Source: an uncultured Pseudomonadales bacterium
GTDB lineage: Bacteria; Patescibacteriota; Microgenomatia; UBA1400; PJMF01
Reading direction: 5' to 3'
Assembly (NCBI GenBank): GCA_964455555.1
Contig: CAYVXV010000003.1
Coordinates: 1,475 to 65,474, forward strand
DNA length: 64,000 nt
Part shown: positions 18,820-28,841 of the stretch, piece after piece
How positions within the stretch are numbered: position 1 is the stretch's first letter
Layout of the letters: each line of letters starts with the position of its first letter
The notes under the pieces: model-generated
Databases searched by the model: none
Told to the model about the DNA's origin: nothing
Seen by the model: only the letters and a program-made list of their open reading frames with translations
Program-made: the position numbers and the translations under genes

Positions 18820-21800
18820 TTAAATAGCTTGGTTAATCAACTCAAGAAACCTAAGTTCTCTTACTTCTTTTGCCACAGTCCTGATTAACTCCTTAAGGTC
18901 GTCCACATCCTCGTCCCTGAGTTCAAAACTTCTCCTGACAAGTTTGCCGTTTGATTTATTGGGCTCAATGAAGTCAAACTCCCCCTCTGTTACCACTGGA
19001 GTAAAAGTCTGGTCCAACTCCGCCAGCAGTTTATAAAAGAGTAGTTGCCGCTTATAACTGCCTCTTATGCTTTCAGGCAATTCTTTCTCCCTTGGCGAGA
19101 GGTTGGCTGCTACTGTTTTGCCTTCAATATCACCAACGCTCCGCACTCCTCCCGTCTTGTAGTCCACTACTTTCACAAATTTATTCTGCTTATCAATCCA
19201 ATCTACCCTATCTATTCTGCCTGACAGCTGAATGTCGTCTAAAATTGCCTTGTTCATTCCGGAACCAAAGAAGCGCTCAACATACAAAGGCGCCACAGGA
19301 TCTACTAATTCCTTTTCGTAGTAGTTGGCCAGGATGCTTTTGCCATGAGCAAGCCTGCGCTCCAAATCCTCAGCCACCAGAAGTTCGCCTGACAAACTCG
19401 CAGCGAAGCTGTCTAAAAATTCAGGTAGGCCTTGCCTTTCTTGTTTTCTCTGTAAGTGAAGATAAAAATTTTCTAAACTTTTATGAACCGCAGTACCAAA
19501 TGCCATTTGAGCAGATTTGGCTCGAGGGACCCGCAGCAAAACATTAGTTACAAAGTCCTCCGGGTTTTTTAAATAGGTGTTGAGTGAGGTGGCAGAGAAC
19601 TTAAAGTTCTTAACCAGCTTGCTGAAAAACTCCTCTTCTGAAATACTCACTTTACCTGCCGAAACCGGCTGGAGAAGAGTTGAAACAAACCGCTCGCTTT
19701 CATTTAAAAAGTCCAGGTTTTCATTCTTGGAAACTTCTTTCAAATGACCTGAGATCTCTTCAATAAACATACTGCCAAACACATCTTTGCTGCGGTTGTC
19801 AGATATCAAGGTTTCCGGATAACTAACCTGAAGCTCTTTTTTTGCCCTGGTAATTGCTACATAAAAAAGCCGCCTCTCATCTTCATTGCGCTCTTTTTTA
19901 GACAGATCGGTGTTTCTAACCAAGCCCGCAGGAAGCGGCAGCAGATCCCGTTTTCGTGCATTGCCCCACCTTCCATCCAAGCAATGAATTAGGAACACAT
20001 AATCCCATTCCCTGCCCTTTGCTTTATGGACAGTGGAAAGATGTACAGCCCCCTCAGTAACGTTTAAATCTTCGGCCTGGAGAGAAATATTGTGCACCAA
20101 CATTACATCGATTGCTTCCAAAAATCCATCAAGCTTGAGGCTGCGGTTACTATGAGCGAGTGCCTTGATTTCCCGGTAAAGCGAATTTAAATTCATCAGC
20201 AGCTCAATTTTTTGAGGGCGGCTCATAACCCAAGGCAGATATCCGCTCTCATTGATAACTTTTTCAGCCCACTCTGGAAAGATTAATCTCGCATCATCGC
20301 TACCCCAAATCCTTAACTGATCTATAAATAATTCAAGAGAAGCAAACTGCTCCTTAGTTACTCCGTTGCCCTCTTCATGCTTCTTAAAAGACTCATAGCC
20401 GGCATCAACAATGCCAATAATGCTTTTTTTGGCTCTTCCGGCAGCTCTGGCTACCCTCATCACTAAAACGTTGTCTAAACTAACCCACTCAAAACACATT
20501 GTCTCGTAGAGATTGATATCCTCCTCTGCTGTCCTCACTTGTTTGATTACTCTAAATAACTCCAGCAGTTGTCTAATCTCTTCGGTTTCCAGAATATTGA
20601 TGCCGCCGTCAATTGCATAGGGAATCTGCCATTTTTCCAATACCTGCTGCACTTCTTCTACCTCAACATTGTTGTGATATAGGATGGCAATTTCTTCTGC
20701 TTTGACTCCTTGGCCCAACAGCTCTTTAATTTTTTCAGCAGTGTAGATAAGTTCAACTGTTTGTGAAGGCGCCTTATAGAGAACTGGAGAAACTCCAGTT
20801 TCCTTGGCGCTGGCCAATTTTTTGTTAAGAGCCTGCTCTACCACATCTTTATGCGGTGCAATCCTTAGCGAAAGTTCGTTTGTCAGTTCATTATTGCCGA
20901 TGCTTTCATGAGCGGCATCATAAATAACCTGCGGGCAACGATAGCCTGTTGCCAAAGTCACAACTTTAGCCTGCTGGTACTTGTCCATAAATCCCAGCAT
21001 GTTCTCAACAGATGCGCCCTGAAACCTAAAAATTGATTGATGAGGGTCTCCCACCACAAATAGATTCGGCTGCTCTTCCCAATAGCTGGCCAAAAGATCT
21101 GCCACTTCATTTTGCGCAGTGTTGGTGTCCTGATACTCATCTACCAAAAAATAATGAATGTTTTCCTGATATTCCCGAAGCAATAGCTCATGTTTTTTAA
21201 ATGCCTGCACCACTAAACTGACCATATCATCAAAGTCGTACCGCAGCAGCTCCCTGAGTTTATTTTCGTGCTCATAATAAACTCTCAATAATTCCTGCTG
21301 TTTTTTCAAGTTTTTTACCTGCTTTGATATCTCGGCTTTTTTCATTTGCGTTCGTTCGTTTGAGAACCTTTTCAAATCTGCAGCCACGATCTTTTCAAAT
21401 TCCTCAGGAGTAACTCCCTCCCGCTTAAGCATAGAAATAGCCCACATGATTTCCTTGATGAAAAAAAGATTTCTGTTGAGAGGTTTGAGCACTTCTAAAT
21501 CCATACCGTGAATCAACCCTCTGAAAAGATCATATCTTTCAAGGTCTGTTAAAGGTTCGCTGCCTCGGTCTATAGGAAAATACTCAGGGTGTGACTGAAT
21601 CACCTCGCTGCAAAAAGCATGAAAAGTGCTGATTTGCACATAATAGCCTGTCTTTCCGATTAAACTCACTATTCTCTCACGCATGTTTTTGGCCGCCGAT
21701 TCAGTGAATGTCAGGGCTAAAATGTTGTAAGGCTTCTCGTCTGTTTTCAGGAGAATGTTGGCAATCCTGGTAGCTAGCACCTGCGTTTTTCCGGTACCCG

Positions 21801-21906
21801 GACCGGCAACCACCATCACAGGGCCCTCAATAGAATCGACAGCTTCTTTCTGCTCTTTATTTAAGCGGTTGTAGGCTTTTTTGAACTCTGGTGTTGTAAG
21901 TTCCAT
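18820..21906 (-). CDS. UvrD/PcrA-family helicase fused to a C-terminal PD-(D/E)xK (RecB-like) nuclease domain, AddA-like
   Basis: Walker A VVAGPGTGKTQVL at the N-terminus. The DEYQDTN-type motif II, FVVGDPHQSIF motif and the VHKAKGREWDYVFL motif are typical of SF1 UvrD helicases. C-terminal VVDYKTG is the RecB-family nuclease motif. Confidence 0.8.
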   Translation of the reverse strand: MELTTPEFKKAYNRLNKEQKEAVDSIEGPVMVVAGPGTGKTQVLATRIANILLKTDEKPYNILALTFTESAAKNMRERIVSLIGKTGYYVQISTFHAFCSEVIQSHPEYFPIDRGSEPLTDLERYDLFRGLIHGMDLEVLKPLNRNLFFIKEIMWAISMLKREGVTPEEFEKIVAADLKRFSNERTQMKKAEISKQVKNLKKQQELLRVYYEHENKLRELLRYDFDDMVSLVVQAFKKHELLLREYQENIHYFLVDEYQDTNTAQNEVADLLASYWEEQPNLFVVGDPHQSIFRFQGASVENMLGFMDKYQQAKVVTLATGYRCPQVIYDAAHESIGNNELTNELSLRIAPHKDVVEQALNKKLASAKETGVSPVLYKAPSQTVELIYTAEKIKELLGQGVKAEEIAILYHNNVEVEEVQQVLEKWQIPYAIDGGINILETEEIRQLLELFRVIKQVRTAEEDINLYETMCFEWVSLDNVLVMRVARAAGRAKKSIIGIVDAGYESFKKHEEGNGVTKEQFASLELFIDQLRIWGSDDARLIFPEWAEKVINESGYLPWVMSRPQKIELLMNLNSLYREIKALAHSNRSLKLDGFLEAIDVMLVHNISLQAEDLNVTEGAVHLSTVHKAKGREWDYVFLIHCLDGRWGNARKRDLLPLPAGLVRNTDLSKKERNEDERRLFYVAITRAKKELQVSYPETLISDNRSKDVFGSMFIEEISGHLKEVSKNENLDFLNESERFVSTLLQPVSAGKVSISEEEFFSKLVKNFKFSATSLNTYLKNPEDFVTNVLLRVPRAKSAQMAFGTAVHKSLENFYLHLQRKQERQGLPEFLDSFAASLSGELLVAEDLERRLAHGKSILANYYEKELVDPVAPLYVERFFGSGMNKAILDDIQLSGRIDRVDWIDKQNKFVKVVDYKTGGVRSVGDIEGKTVAANLSPREKELPESIRGSYKRQLLFYKLLAELDQTFTPVVTEGEFDFIEPNKSNGKLVRRSFELRDEDVDDLKELIRTVAKEVRELRFLELINQAI

Positions 21907-21929
21907 ATTTCTCTAATCGGTGAAAAATG

Positions 21930-23204
21930 CTAAAACAGGGACTGCGGCTCATCCTGGCCATCCTCTATTTCCAACTCACCTTCCGGCAATTCCAATTGTT
22001 GGATGCTCGGCAGCGAGCCGCCGATTATCCCCTGCAGATCACCATATAGTGATGATGTGTTGAGAATAACTTTTTCTATTTCCCTCTCCCTTTTGCTCCA
22101 AATTCTTTGCAGCGACCTTTTTTCGGTATCTAAATCCTGCTTCATACTGACAAAAGCCATAACAATGTTCTCAACCCTGTTCTTGAATTGCGGACCGGTT
22201 AAATAGCTGTAAAGATGGTTCATCTTGTCGTCCTGCCCGACTAGAGATTGTTTAAGTTTGCTAATTTCAATTAACTGTAACCTGAGCGCTGCTGCCAACG
22301 GTAGAACGAACTGATAACTCACAATCCAAACACCGTTCTTTATACCAAAGTTAGGAATGTCGGCAGGCATTGCTTGCGTAACCAGTATGGCTGCGTCAGC
22401 CTTAACGATACCTTGGTCGCTTTTGAGCTTAGCCAGCCAGCTGTCGCTAAATACCTTAGTATTTTTGGATTCCCAGATAATTGTTCCTGTTTTGCCGCCC
22501 AAGCTTCCGTTGATTGCCTGCACCAAGTCTGCACCGCGGACTCCCGCCGGAACGTCAGAAATTTTGTCTTCAGGAAAAGCATTGCTTAAAATTTCTTTGA
22601 GTCCATCCTCCTGAACCTCTCCTTGAATCTGCATTGAACCCTGTTCAGCTTGGCGTTTTAAGTCAGCAATTGTCTTTTGCATCAACTCCAGCTGCTTATC
22701 TTTTTCCTTAAGTTTTAAAGCGTATTGTTCCTCCTCATTTTTCTTGGTTGCATCAATGATCTTGCTGCGCTCTTCGTCAATGCGCCGGACCATTTCAAGC
22801 TCCATTTTTTTCTCTTTTTCCTCAAGCTCTCTCGTTTTCTTTCTGAGGGCTAACTCATGCTTCTCTGCCTCCTCAAGGAGCTGTGTTTTTTCTTTTAGGG
22901 TGTTTTCAAGATCTTTAAAAGCTTTGCCCTGATTTTCTTCTGCTTTTGCTTGGGCTATCTTCCAAATTTTCTGCTTTTCCAAATCCAGTTTGTTTTTTAC
23001 CTCTTCTTCAAGATCTTTTTTCCGGGCAGCAACTTCCTTCTCCTGCTCTTCCAGGAGTTTTTTTGCTTTTTCAAGTTCGAGCTGCTGCTTTTCATGCGCC
23101 GCCTTAAACTCTTGTGATAAATCTGCCTTTACCTGATCAGACAAAGTTTTGGAGATTGGAATTTTTGTGGAGCAGCTTGGACAAGTTAAGGTGGGTTCTG
23201 ACAT
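21930..23204 (-). CDS. Coiled-coil protein with N-terminal Cys pair, DUF2130-like (tentative)
   Basis: N-terminal CPSCSTKIP, then about 170 aa of K/E-rich coiled-coil. The conserved C-terminal globular region (GADLVQAING..KTGTIIWESKNTK...VSYQF) resembles DUF2130 proteins; recalled from memory, not verified. Confidence 0.35.
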   Translation of the reverse strand: MSEPTLTCPSCSTKIPISKTLSDQVKADLSQEFKAAHEKQQLELEKAKKLLEEQEKEVAARKKDLEEEVKNKLDLEKQKIWKIAQAKAEENQGKAFKDLENTLKEKTQLLEEAEKHELALRKKTRELEEKEKKMELEMVRRIDEERSKIIDATKKNEEEQYALKLKEKDKQLELMQKTIADLKRQAEQGSMQIQGEVQEDGLKEILSNAFPEDKISDVPAGVRGADLVQAINGSLGGKTGTIIWESKNTKVFSDSWLAKLKSDQGIVKADAAILVTQAMPADIPNFGIKNGVWIVSYQFVLPLAAALRLQLIEISKLKQSLVGQDDKMNHLYSYLTGPQFKNRVENIVMAFVSMKQDLDTEKRSLQRIWSKREREIEKVILNTSSLYGDLQGIIGGSLPSIQQLELPEGELEIEDGQDEPQSLF

Positions 23205-23228
23205 AAAATCCTTGATCTGTTAGTTTAG

Positions 23229-23462
23229 TCAACGTTTCTTTGTTTCATTCTGAAGCCGGCCGATTTTTCTTTCAACCATCCCACCTCTTTTTGCATAAAT
23301 CTTTTTAAGCTGATCTGCTGCAGATGATTCTCCAGCTGCCAATTTTCGCCGCTCTGCAATAGCCCGCTCAAGACGTTTCTCTAAAATCTTCAGCCGTTCG
23401 TCAGCTCGACTGGATTTGTCAATTTTTTTCACCTGCAAAAGTGATGAGAGAGGCCTTTTCAT
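23229..23462 (-). CDS. Hypothetical small basic coiled-coil protein, 77 aa
   Basis: Small ORF downstream of the DUF2130-like gene on the same strand; K/R/E-rich. No motif. Confidence 0.3.
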   Translation of the reverse strand: MKRPLSSLLQVKKIDKSSRADERLKILEKRLERAIAERRKLAAGESSAADQLKKIYAKRGGMVERKIGRLQNETKKR

Positions 23463-23545
23463 TCTAAGCTCATCTTACCGTAAGAAAATCGAAAAATAAA
23501 CGCCATGAAATTTTATCTCAAAGAATAAATTTTGTGAAAATAGTG

Positions 23546-23619
23546 TCGGGCTGACTGGACTCGAACCAGCGACCTCACGCACCCCATGCGCGCACTCTAG
23601 CCATCTGAGCTACAGCCCG
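23546..23619 (-). tRNA. tRNA-Pro (anticodon GGG)
   Basis: Reverse complement folds as a cloverleaf. Acceptor stem CGGGCTG/CAGCCCG, D-stem GCTC/GAGT, anticodon stem CGCGC/GCGTG with loop ATGGGGT (U33, anticodon GGG, G37). T-arm GCTGG-TTCGAGT-CCAGT, discriminator A. C1:G72 is the bacterial tRNAPro identity pair. No encoded CCA. Confidence 0.85.
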
Positions 23620-23833
23620 AACAGATAAAATAATCAGAGTTATCGCAGTTTCTTGTTTCACGTTGCCAGTAGATGAAAAAAACAACTCTACTACATTCAC
23701 TGCAAGATTAAGATCGTATTATACACACAACTCTCTATAGATATTCTCACAATTTTGTGCTTTAGTGAGAGTATATAAAGGTAATACAAAACCCAAAGTA
23801 TCATTGGAAATAAGAGAGCATATAAGGAGACCT

Positions 23834-24913
23834 ATGGCTAGAACTACCATTACTAAACCAGAGTCGGGAAAATCACAGGCAATCAACATTGCCATGCAGC
23901 AAATTGAGAAAGATTTCGGTAAAGGTTCAATCATGAAATTGGGCCAATCACTGAGGGATGCGCCGAAGATCCCGACAATTTCAAGCGGCTCACTGGCCTT
24001 AGACCTGGCATTAGGTGTTGGGGGTTTCCCAACCGGAAGAGTTGTTGAAATTTACGGACCGGAAGCATCAGGTAAAACAACTGTTTGTCTGCATGCTATT
24101 GCCAATGCTCAGAAGAACGGCGGCGTTGCCGCTTTTGTAGACGTGGAACATGCTCTTGACCCGGTTAGGGCTGAAAAAATAGGTGTAAATTTAGAAGACC
24201 TGCTGATTTCACAACCCGACTACGGTGAACAAGCCTTGGAAATCACTGAAACCCTCATACGCTCCGGCGGGGTTGATATAGTCGTTGTTGACTCAGTAGC
24301 TGCACTGGTTCCAAAATCCGAAATTGAAGGAGAAATGGGCGACGCTCAAATGGGTGTACAAGCCAGGTTAATGTCTCAAGCTATGCGCAAACTGACCTCA
24401 GCAATCAGCAAAACCAATACACTTGTAATCTTTACGAATCAAATCCGCCATAAAATCGGTGTGATGTTTGGCAGCCCAGAGACAACTGCAGGAGGCAATG
24501 CCCTCAAGTTTTATGCCTCGCAAAGATTGGACATTAGAAAAATCGGCAATATCCAAGAAGGCGATCAGGTGGTCGGCAGCAGGCACCGAGTCAAGGTTAA
24601 GAAAAACAAAGTTGCGCCACCCTTCAAAGAAGCAGAGTTTGACATGGATGATTTTGGAGTGTCACTGGTAGGCGACTTAGTGGATCTTGGAGTCAAATTT
24701 GATATTCTTGAAAAAAGTGGCAGCTTCTTTAAACATGACGGCGAAGTACTGGCCCAAGGCCGTGAGGCAACAAAAGCCTACTTACTAGAAAATGCCTCGT
24801 TTGCAGAAAAACTTGAAAAGGAAATTCGCAATAAGGTAAGTGGCATCCAAACTCCAAAGTCAGTAAAAGAGAAAGCAGGGAAAACTGCCAACGGAGCAGC
24901 AGCAAAAGCCTAG
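23834..24913 (+). CDS. recA: Recombinase A
   Basis: Canonical RecA sequence ([29 protein letters not shown] Walker A, L2 loop region). The ORF track start is GTG at 23765; an ATG at 23834 with AAGGAGA 8 nt upstream gives a normal-length RecA. Confidence 0.95.
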   Translation: MARTTITKPESGKSQAINIAMQQIEKDFGKGSIMKLGQSLRDAPKIPTISSGSLALDLALGVGGFPTGRVVEIYGPEASGKTTVCLHAIANAQKNGGVAAFVDVEHALDPVRAEKIGVNLEDLLISQPDYGEQALEITETLIRSGGVDIVVVDSVAALVPKSEIEGEMGDAQMGVQARLMSQAMRKLTSAISKTNTLVIFTNQIRHKIGVMFGSPETTAGGNALKFYASQRLDIRKIGNIQEGDQVVGSRHRVKVKKNKVAPPFKEAEFDMDDFGVSLVGDLVDLGVKFDILEKSGSFFKHDGEVLAQGREATKAYLLENASFAEKLEKEIRNKVSGIQTPKSVKEKAGKTANGAAAKA

Positions 24914-25368
24914 ATGTATTCAAGAAGAGTTTGAGCGGATTCTGTCAAAATTTTTCCTCAGAATTGCTGCCTTGACTTAATCACTAAGCCAATAATTATA
25001 TGCTCAGAGATTGACTGCAAGGGGCCAACAGAGTACAATGTGGCTATTAATTGCTGAGAAGCAGCAAATTTGCTACCAGGCTTAAATGCCTGCAGCAACC
25101 GGAAAAATAATTAGAAACTAATAACTAATAACAACATGAGACTGACACCAGAACTAATAATATCTGCATTAGCAGATAGTCTGGATTTACCAAGAACTCT
25201 TCTTAACCGATAATATCGGTATTGTTTTTAGTGATTTTTCCCTTCTCAAGCATTTTGAAGAAATTATTGTGAATGACCATTTTTATATTGGCCCTTCATA
25301 AATTACATTAATAAACACCTTGTACTGAGCTAAAAACAAGGTGGGACGCAATTAAATAAAGGAGTAGT

Positions 25369-26994
25369 ATGTCATTCTTTAGCAACTTGTCGACCCTGTT
25401 TGGGAACAATGAAACCGATCCCAACAGAAGGGTTAGAAAATCAAATAGACCAGCCGGCCAGCAGCAGCAGCAAAAAAACCGCAAGCAGCAGCAAGGGCAA
25501 AAGCAGCACCAGCAGCCCAAATATCAGCCTAAACAAAGACAACAAGGCAGCAAGCCAAATGGTGATGTGGCCTTGGTCCAGGAGGCAAATACTCTACTCA
25601 TGGAAGCACAATCCAAGGCTAGGGAAATAATTGTCGAGGCCAAAGCAGAAGCACTTTCCATCCGTAGCAAGGCTGAAAAAGAAGGACGCGAACTATCTGG
25701 GCAACTTGAAGCTCAGCAGCGCAAACTGGACAACAATCTGGACAGAATAGAAGAACGCCTCAGCCAAATGGATAAAAAAGAAGAACAGCTTGAGCGCGAC
25801 AAGAGCGAGGTAGAAATCCTCCGGGAGGAGTTTAGAAAAAAACGCCAACAAGTAATCGATAGGCTGGAAAAAGTAGCCGAACTAACCAAAGAAGAGGCAA
25901 AATCTGCACTTTTTGAGGATCTTGAAAAAAAACTCACAAGGGAAATGGCTCAGTTGATCCGGCAGAAACAAGAAGAAGCAGAAGCAGAAGCAGACGAGCG
26001 AGTCCAGGAAATCCTGATTGATGCAATGCGGCACGGCGCCACTGACTATGTACCTGAGTACACTGTTTCAGTTGTCCAGCTGCCTTCCGAAGACACAAAG
26101 GGAAAGATTATCGGCAAATCTGGCAGAAACATCCATGCTTTTGAGCATCGGACAGGTGTTGACGTAGACCTGGATATGTCCCCAACCGAAGTCAGGCTTT
26201 CTTGCTTTGACCCAGTCCGCAGGGAAGTAGCCCGGATTTCCTTAGAGCGCCTAATCAAAGATGGCAGGATTCAGCCATCCAGAATTGAAGAGATAGTTTC
26301 CAAGGTAGAAAAAGAAATAGATAAAATTACCTTGGAAGAAGGCAAAAAACTTTGCCATGAAGTAGGTGTCTACAATCTTCCGGTCGATTTGATGAAATTG
26401 CTCGGCAAGTTCAAATACCGCTTCTCCTACGGCCAAAACATGATCTCCCACACTCTGGAAGAAACAAAAATCGGCATCAAATTAGCGCATGAGCTAGGCA
26501 TAGATGTAAATACCGTTAAACTTGGCTGCTTGCTACATGACATCGGCAAGGTTTCAGATGAAGAAGAAGGCAGCCACGTTGAACTGGGTGTAAAAATTGC
26601 TAAACGCTTTAATCTACCCCAGCCAGTTGTAGACTGTATCGCTCAGCACCATGAGGATGAGCCGTTTACCGGTCCTGAACAAATGGCTGTTTATATCGCT
26701 GATGCAATCTCCGGCGCTAGGCCAGGAGCACGGTATGAGAACTACGATGAATACGTAACGCGTTTGCAGCAACTTGAGGAAATTGCCTCTTCATATGAGT
26801 CCGTCAGGCAAGCCTATGCTATACAGGCAGGTAGAGAGGTTCGTGTCCTTCTCGAACCGGAGCGCTCAAAAGATGCGGACGTGCAGGTTCTGAGCAGCAA
26901 AATTCGGGATGAGATTAAAAATAAAGTTACTTATCCTGGAACAGTTACTGTCACTGTAATTCGAGAAACCAGGCATCAAGAAGTGGCAAAATAG
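25369..26994 (+). CDS. rny: Ribonuclease Y with atypical Q/K-rich N-terminal region
   Basis: Coiled-coil region, KH domain (KGKIIGKSGRNIHAFEHRTGVDV) and HD domain (LLHDIGK...HHED), as in RNase Y. AAAGGAG RBS upstream. The N-terminal 90 aa are Q/K-rich low complexity instead of a TM anchor. Confidence 0.9.
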   Translation: MSFFSNLSTLFGNNETDPNRRVRKSNRPAGQQQQQKNRKQQQGQKQHQQPKYQPKQRQQGSKPNGDVALVQEANTLLMEAQSKAREIIVEAKAEALSIRSKAEKEGRELSGQLEAQQRKLDNNLDRIEERLSQMDKKEEQLERDKSEVEILREEFRKKRQQVIDRLEKVAELTKEEAKSALFEDLEKKLTREMAQLIRQKQEEAEAEADERVQEILIDAMRHGATDYVPEYTVSVVQLPSEDTKGKIIGKSGRNIHAFEHRTGVDVDLDMSPTEVRLSCFDPVRREVARISLERLIKDGRIQPSRIEEIVSKVEKEIDKITLEEGKKLCHEVGVYNLPVDLMKLLGKFKYRFSYGQNMISHTLEETKIGIKLAHELGIDVNTVKLGCLLHDIGKVSDEEEGSHVELGVKIAKRFNLPQPVVDCIAQHHEDEPFTGPEQMAVYIADAISGARPGARYENYDEYVTRLQQLEEIASSYESVRQAYAIQAGREVRVLLEPERSKDADVQVLSSKIRDEIKNKVTYPGTVTVTVIRETRHQEVAK

Positions 26995-27065
26995 GCAATA
27001 ATTTCTGCTTGGCTCAATGATACAATGCTTACTGTACTGACAAATACTTAAGTGGAAAAAGCACT

Positions 27066-27284
27066 ATGATTACATTTTGGTTAGTTGCTCAAATAATATT
27101 AGCAATACTTATTTCTGGAGCAGTTTTGCTTCAATCCCAAGGGGGCGGACTAGGTTCTGTCTGGGGTGGAGGCGGAGAAACTTATCATACCCGCAGGGGT
27201 TTAGAAAAAGTACTTTTCTATTTGACCATTGTCTTGATAACCCTGTTTACTCTAACTTCTGTTGCTGTATTATTGGCTCAGTAG
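27066..27284 (+). CDS. secG: Preprotein translocase subunit SecG
   Basis: 72 aa with two TM helices and a central LLQSQGGGLGSVWGGGGETYHTRRGLEK glycine-rich loop typical of SecG. Confidence 0.7.
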   Translation: MITFWLVAQIILAILISGAVLLQSQGGGLGSVWGGGGETYHTRRGLEKVLFYLTIVLITLFTLTSVAVLLAQ

Positions 27285-27298
27285 CAATTTAGCAACTC

Positions 27299-28702
27299 AT
27301 GCGCAAATTTTATTGGTATTTGACTGCCTACCTTAAGAAACATGGACTTGTTTTCTTTGTCTCAGTTCTTTTCGCAATTCTGATTTTTTCTTTTATAGTG
27401 CCGCAAATTGCCCAATCAATAGAGAGAGGCAACCGAACGTATATTGGAATAGTTGGTGAGTACGGTTTAGACAATCTACCTCCAAGAATAAAGTCAAAAC
27501 TTAGCGCTGGCCTAACCCATGTTGAAATTGATGGAACTGTCACTCCCCTCTTGGCAGAACGCTGGAGTGTAGAACAAGATGGCAAAACCTACCGGTTTGT
27601 CCTGAAAAACAATATATTCTGGAGTGACGGCTCAACCTTGAAGCCTGAGGACATCAATTACAACTTTAAAGATGTTGAAACAATTATTACGCCAAATGAT
27701 ATTGTTTTCAAACTTCCTGATCCTTATGCCCCCTTCCCCGTGGTTGTTTCTGAGCCACTTCTGAAACCCGCAGAAATGCCCTATTTTGTCTTTTTCTCTA
27801 AACCATCATTAATAGGAATTGGTGAATATCGAATTACAGATTACAAAAACAGAGGCCCGGTCTTAACTGAACTGACTCTAGACGGCAGAAATGAGCGGAT
27901 TGTCTACCGATTTTTCCTAACTGAAGAAGATGCTGTCTCTGCATTTAAACACGGCAAAATTGATGTTCTTCCAGACCTGACTTATAAATATGATGTCATG
28001 GATTGGGACACCACCGTGACCACTTCTGCGCTGAATACAAGCCGCTACCTGGCTGTGTTTTTCAATATCCGCAACCCAATGTTTCAAAAAAATATCCGCC
28101 AAGCACTTTCTTATGCTCTGGAGAAACCCACTCCGGAAATTAAGGCAAACGGCCCGATTAACCCAAAGTCATGGGCTTATCTTGAGGGCGGCAAATCATA
28201 TGACAAAGACTTAGATAGAGCCGTAGAGCGCCTTCTTGATGAAGTACCAAGCAGCCCTTTGGAATTTGAGCTCACGACCACTGCACTGTTTGAAGCGGAA
28301 GCAGAGTCAATTATTCAACAATGGAAAGAGTTTGGAGAAAAAGCCTTTCAGGATTGTCAATCAAGCAACAGTGTTGATGATAAAAACCTTTGTGAAAACA
28401 CAAAGATCACGGTCCGGCTAAAGATTTCAAACTTCCCCGATACCAGCAATTTCGAAGTGCTATTAATCGGCCAAGAATCTGCCCCAGATCCTGATCAGTA
28501 TCATCTCTGGCATTCAGAACAATCTACCAATTTTACCGGCTACAAAAACACCCGTATTGACAACCTGCTTGAAAAAGGCCGCCAAACTTTGAACCAAAAA
28601 GATCGTGCAGAGATTTACCAAGAGTTCCAGCAATTTTTCCTTGAGGACGCACCGGCCATTTTTCTCAGATACATTGAAACCTACGAGGTTCACCGGGATT
28701 AG
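27299..28702 (+). CDS. Solute-binding protein family 5 (peptide/nickel type), membrane-anchored, orphan
   Basis: N-terminal TM anchor. LAERWSVEQDGKTYRFVLKNNIFWSDGSTLKPEDINYNF matches the SBP_bac_5 N-terminal signature region. No adjacent permease or ATPase genes. Confidence 0.6.
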   Translation: MRKFYWYLTAYLKKHGLVFFVSVLFAILIFSFIVPQIAQSIERGNRTYIGIVGEYGLDNLPPRIKSKLSAGLTHVEIDGTVTPLLAERWSVEQDGKTYRFVLKNNIFWSDGSTLKPEDINYNFKDVETIITPNDIVFKLPDPYAPFPVVVSEPLLKPAEMPYFVFFSKPSLIGIGEYRITDYKNRGPVLTELTLDGRNERIVYRFFLTEEDAVSAFKHGKIDVLPDLTYKYDVMDWDTTVTTSALNTSRYLAVFFNIRNPMFQKNIRQALSYALEKPTPEIKANGPINPKSWAYLEGGKSYDKDLDRAVERLLDEVPSSPLEFELTTTALFEAEAESIIQQWKEFGEKAFQDCQSSNSVDDKNLCENTKITVRLKISNFPDTSNFEVLLIGQESAPDPDQYHLWHSEQSTNFTGYKNTRIDNLLEKGRQTLNQKDRAEIYQEFQQFFLEDAPAIFLRYIETYEVHRD

Positions 28703-28841
28703 CTGTTAAGTCAACTGTTTTTTTTCAGAGATTCTTTCTTTAAATTTTTGTGTTGTTTGTTTCTGCGCAGCGTTGGAAAAATATTATGTACGACCCAATC
28801 AAACTTGCAACAGAAAAAAACTTAAGTATACTGACAAAGTT

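Noticed and set aside
23462-23834. Integrase/transposase or attachment-site repeats next to tRNA-Pro, which would indicate an integrated mobile element
   Set aside because: No recombinase-like ORF on either side. Flanking genes (recA, helicase-nuclease) have host composition. No duplicated tRNA 3' fragment was found nearby.
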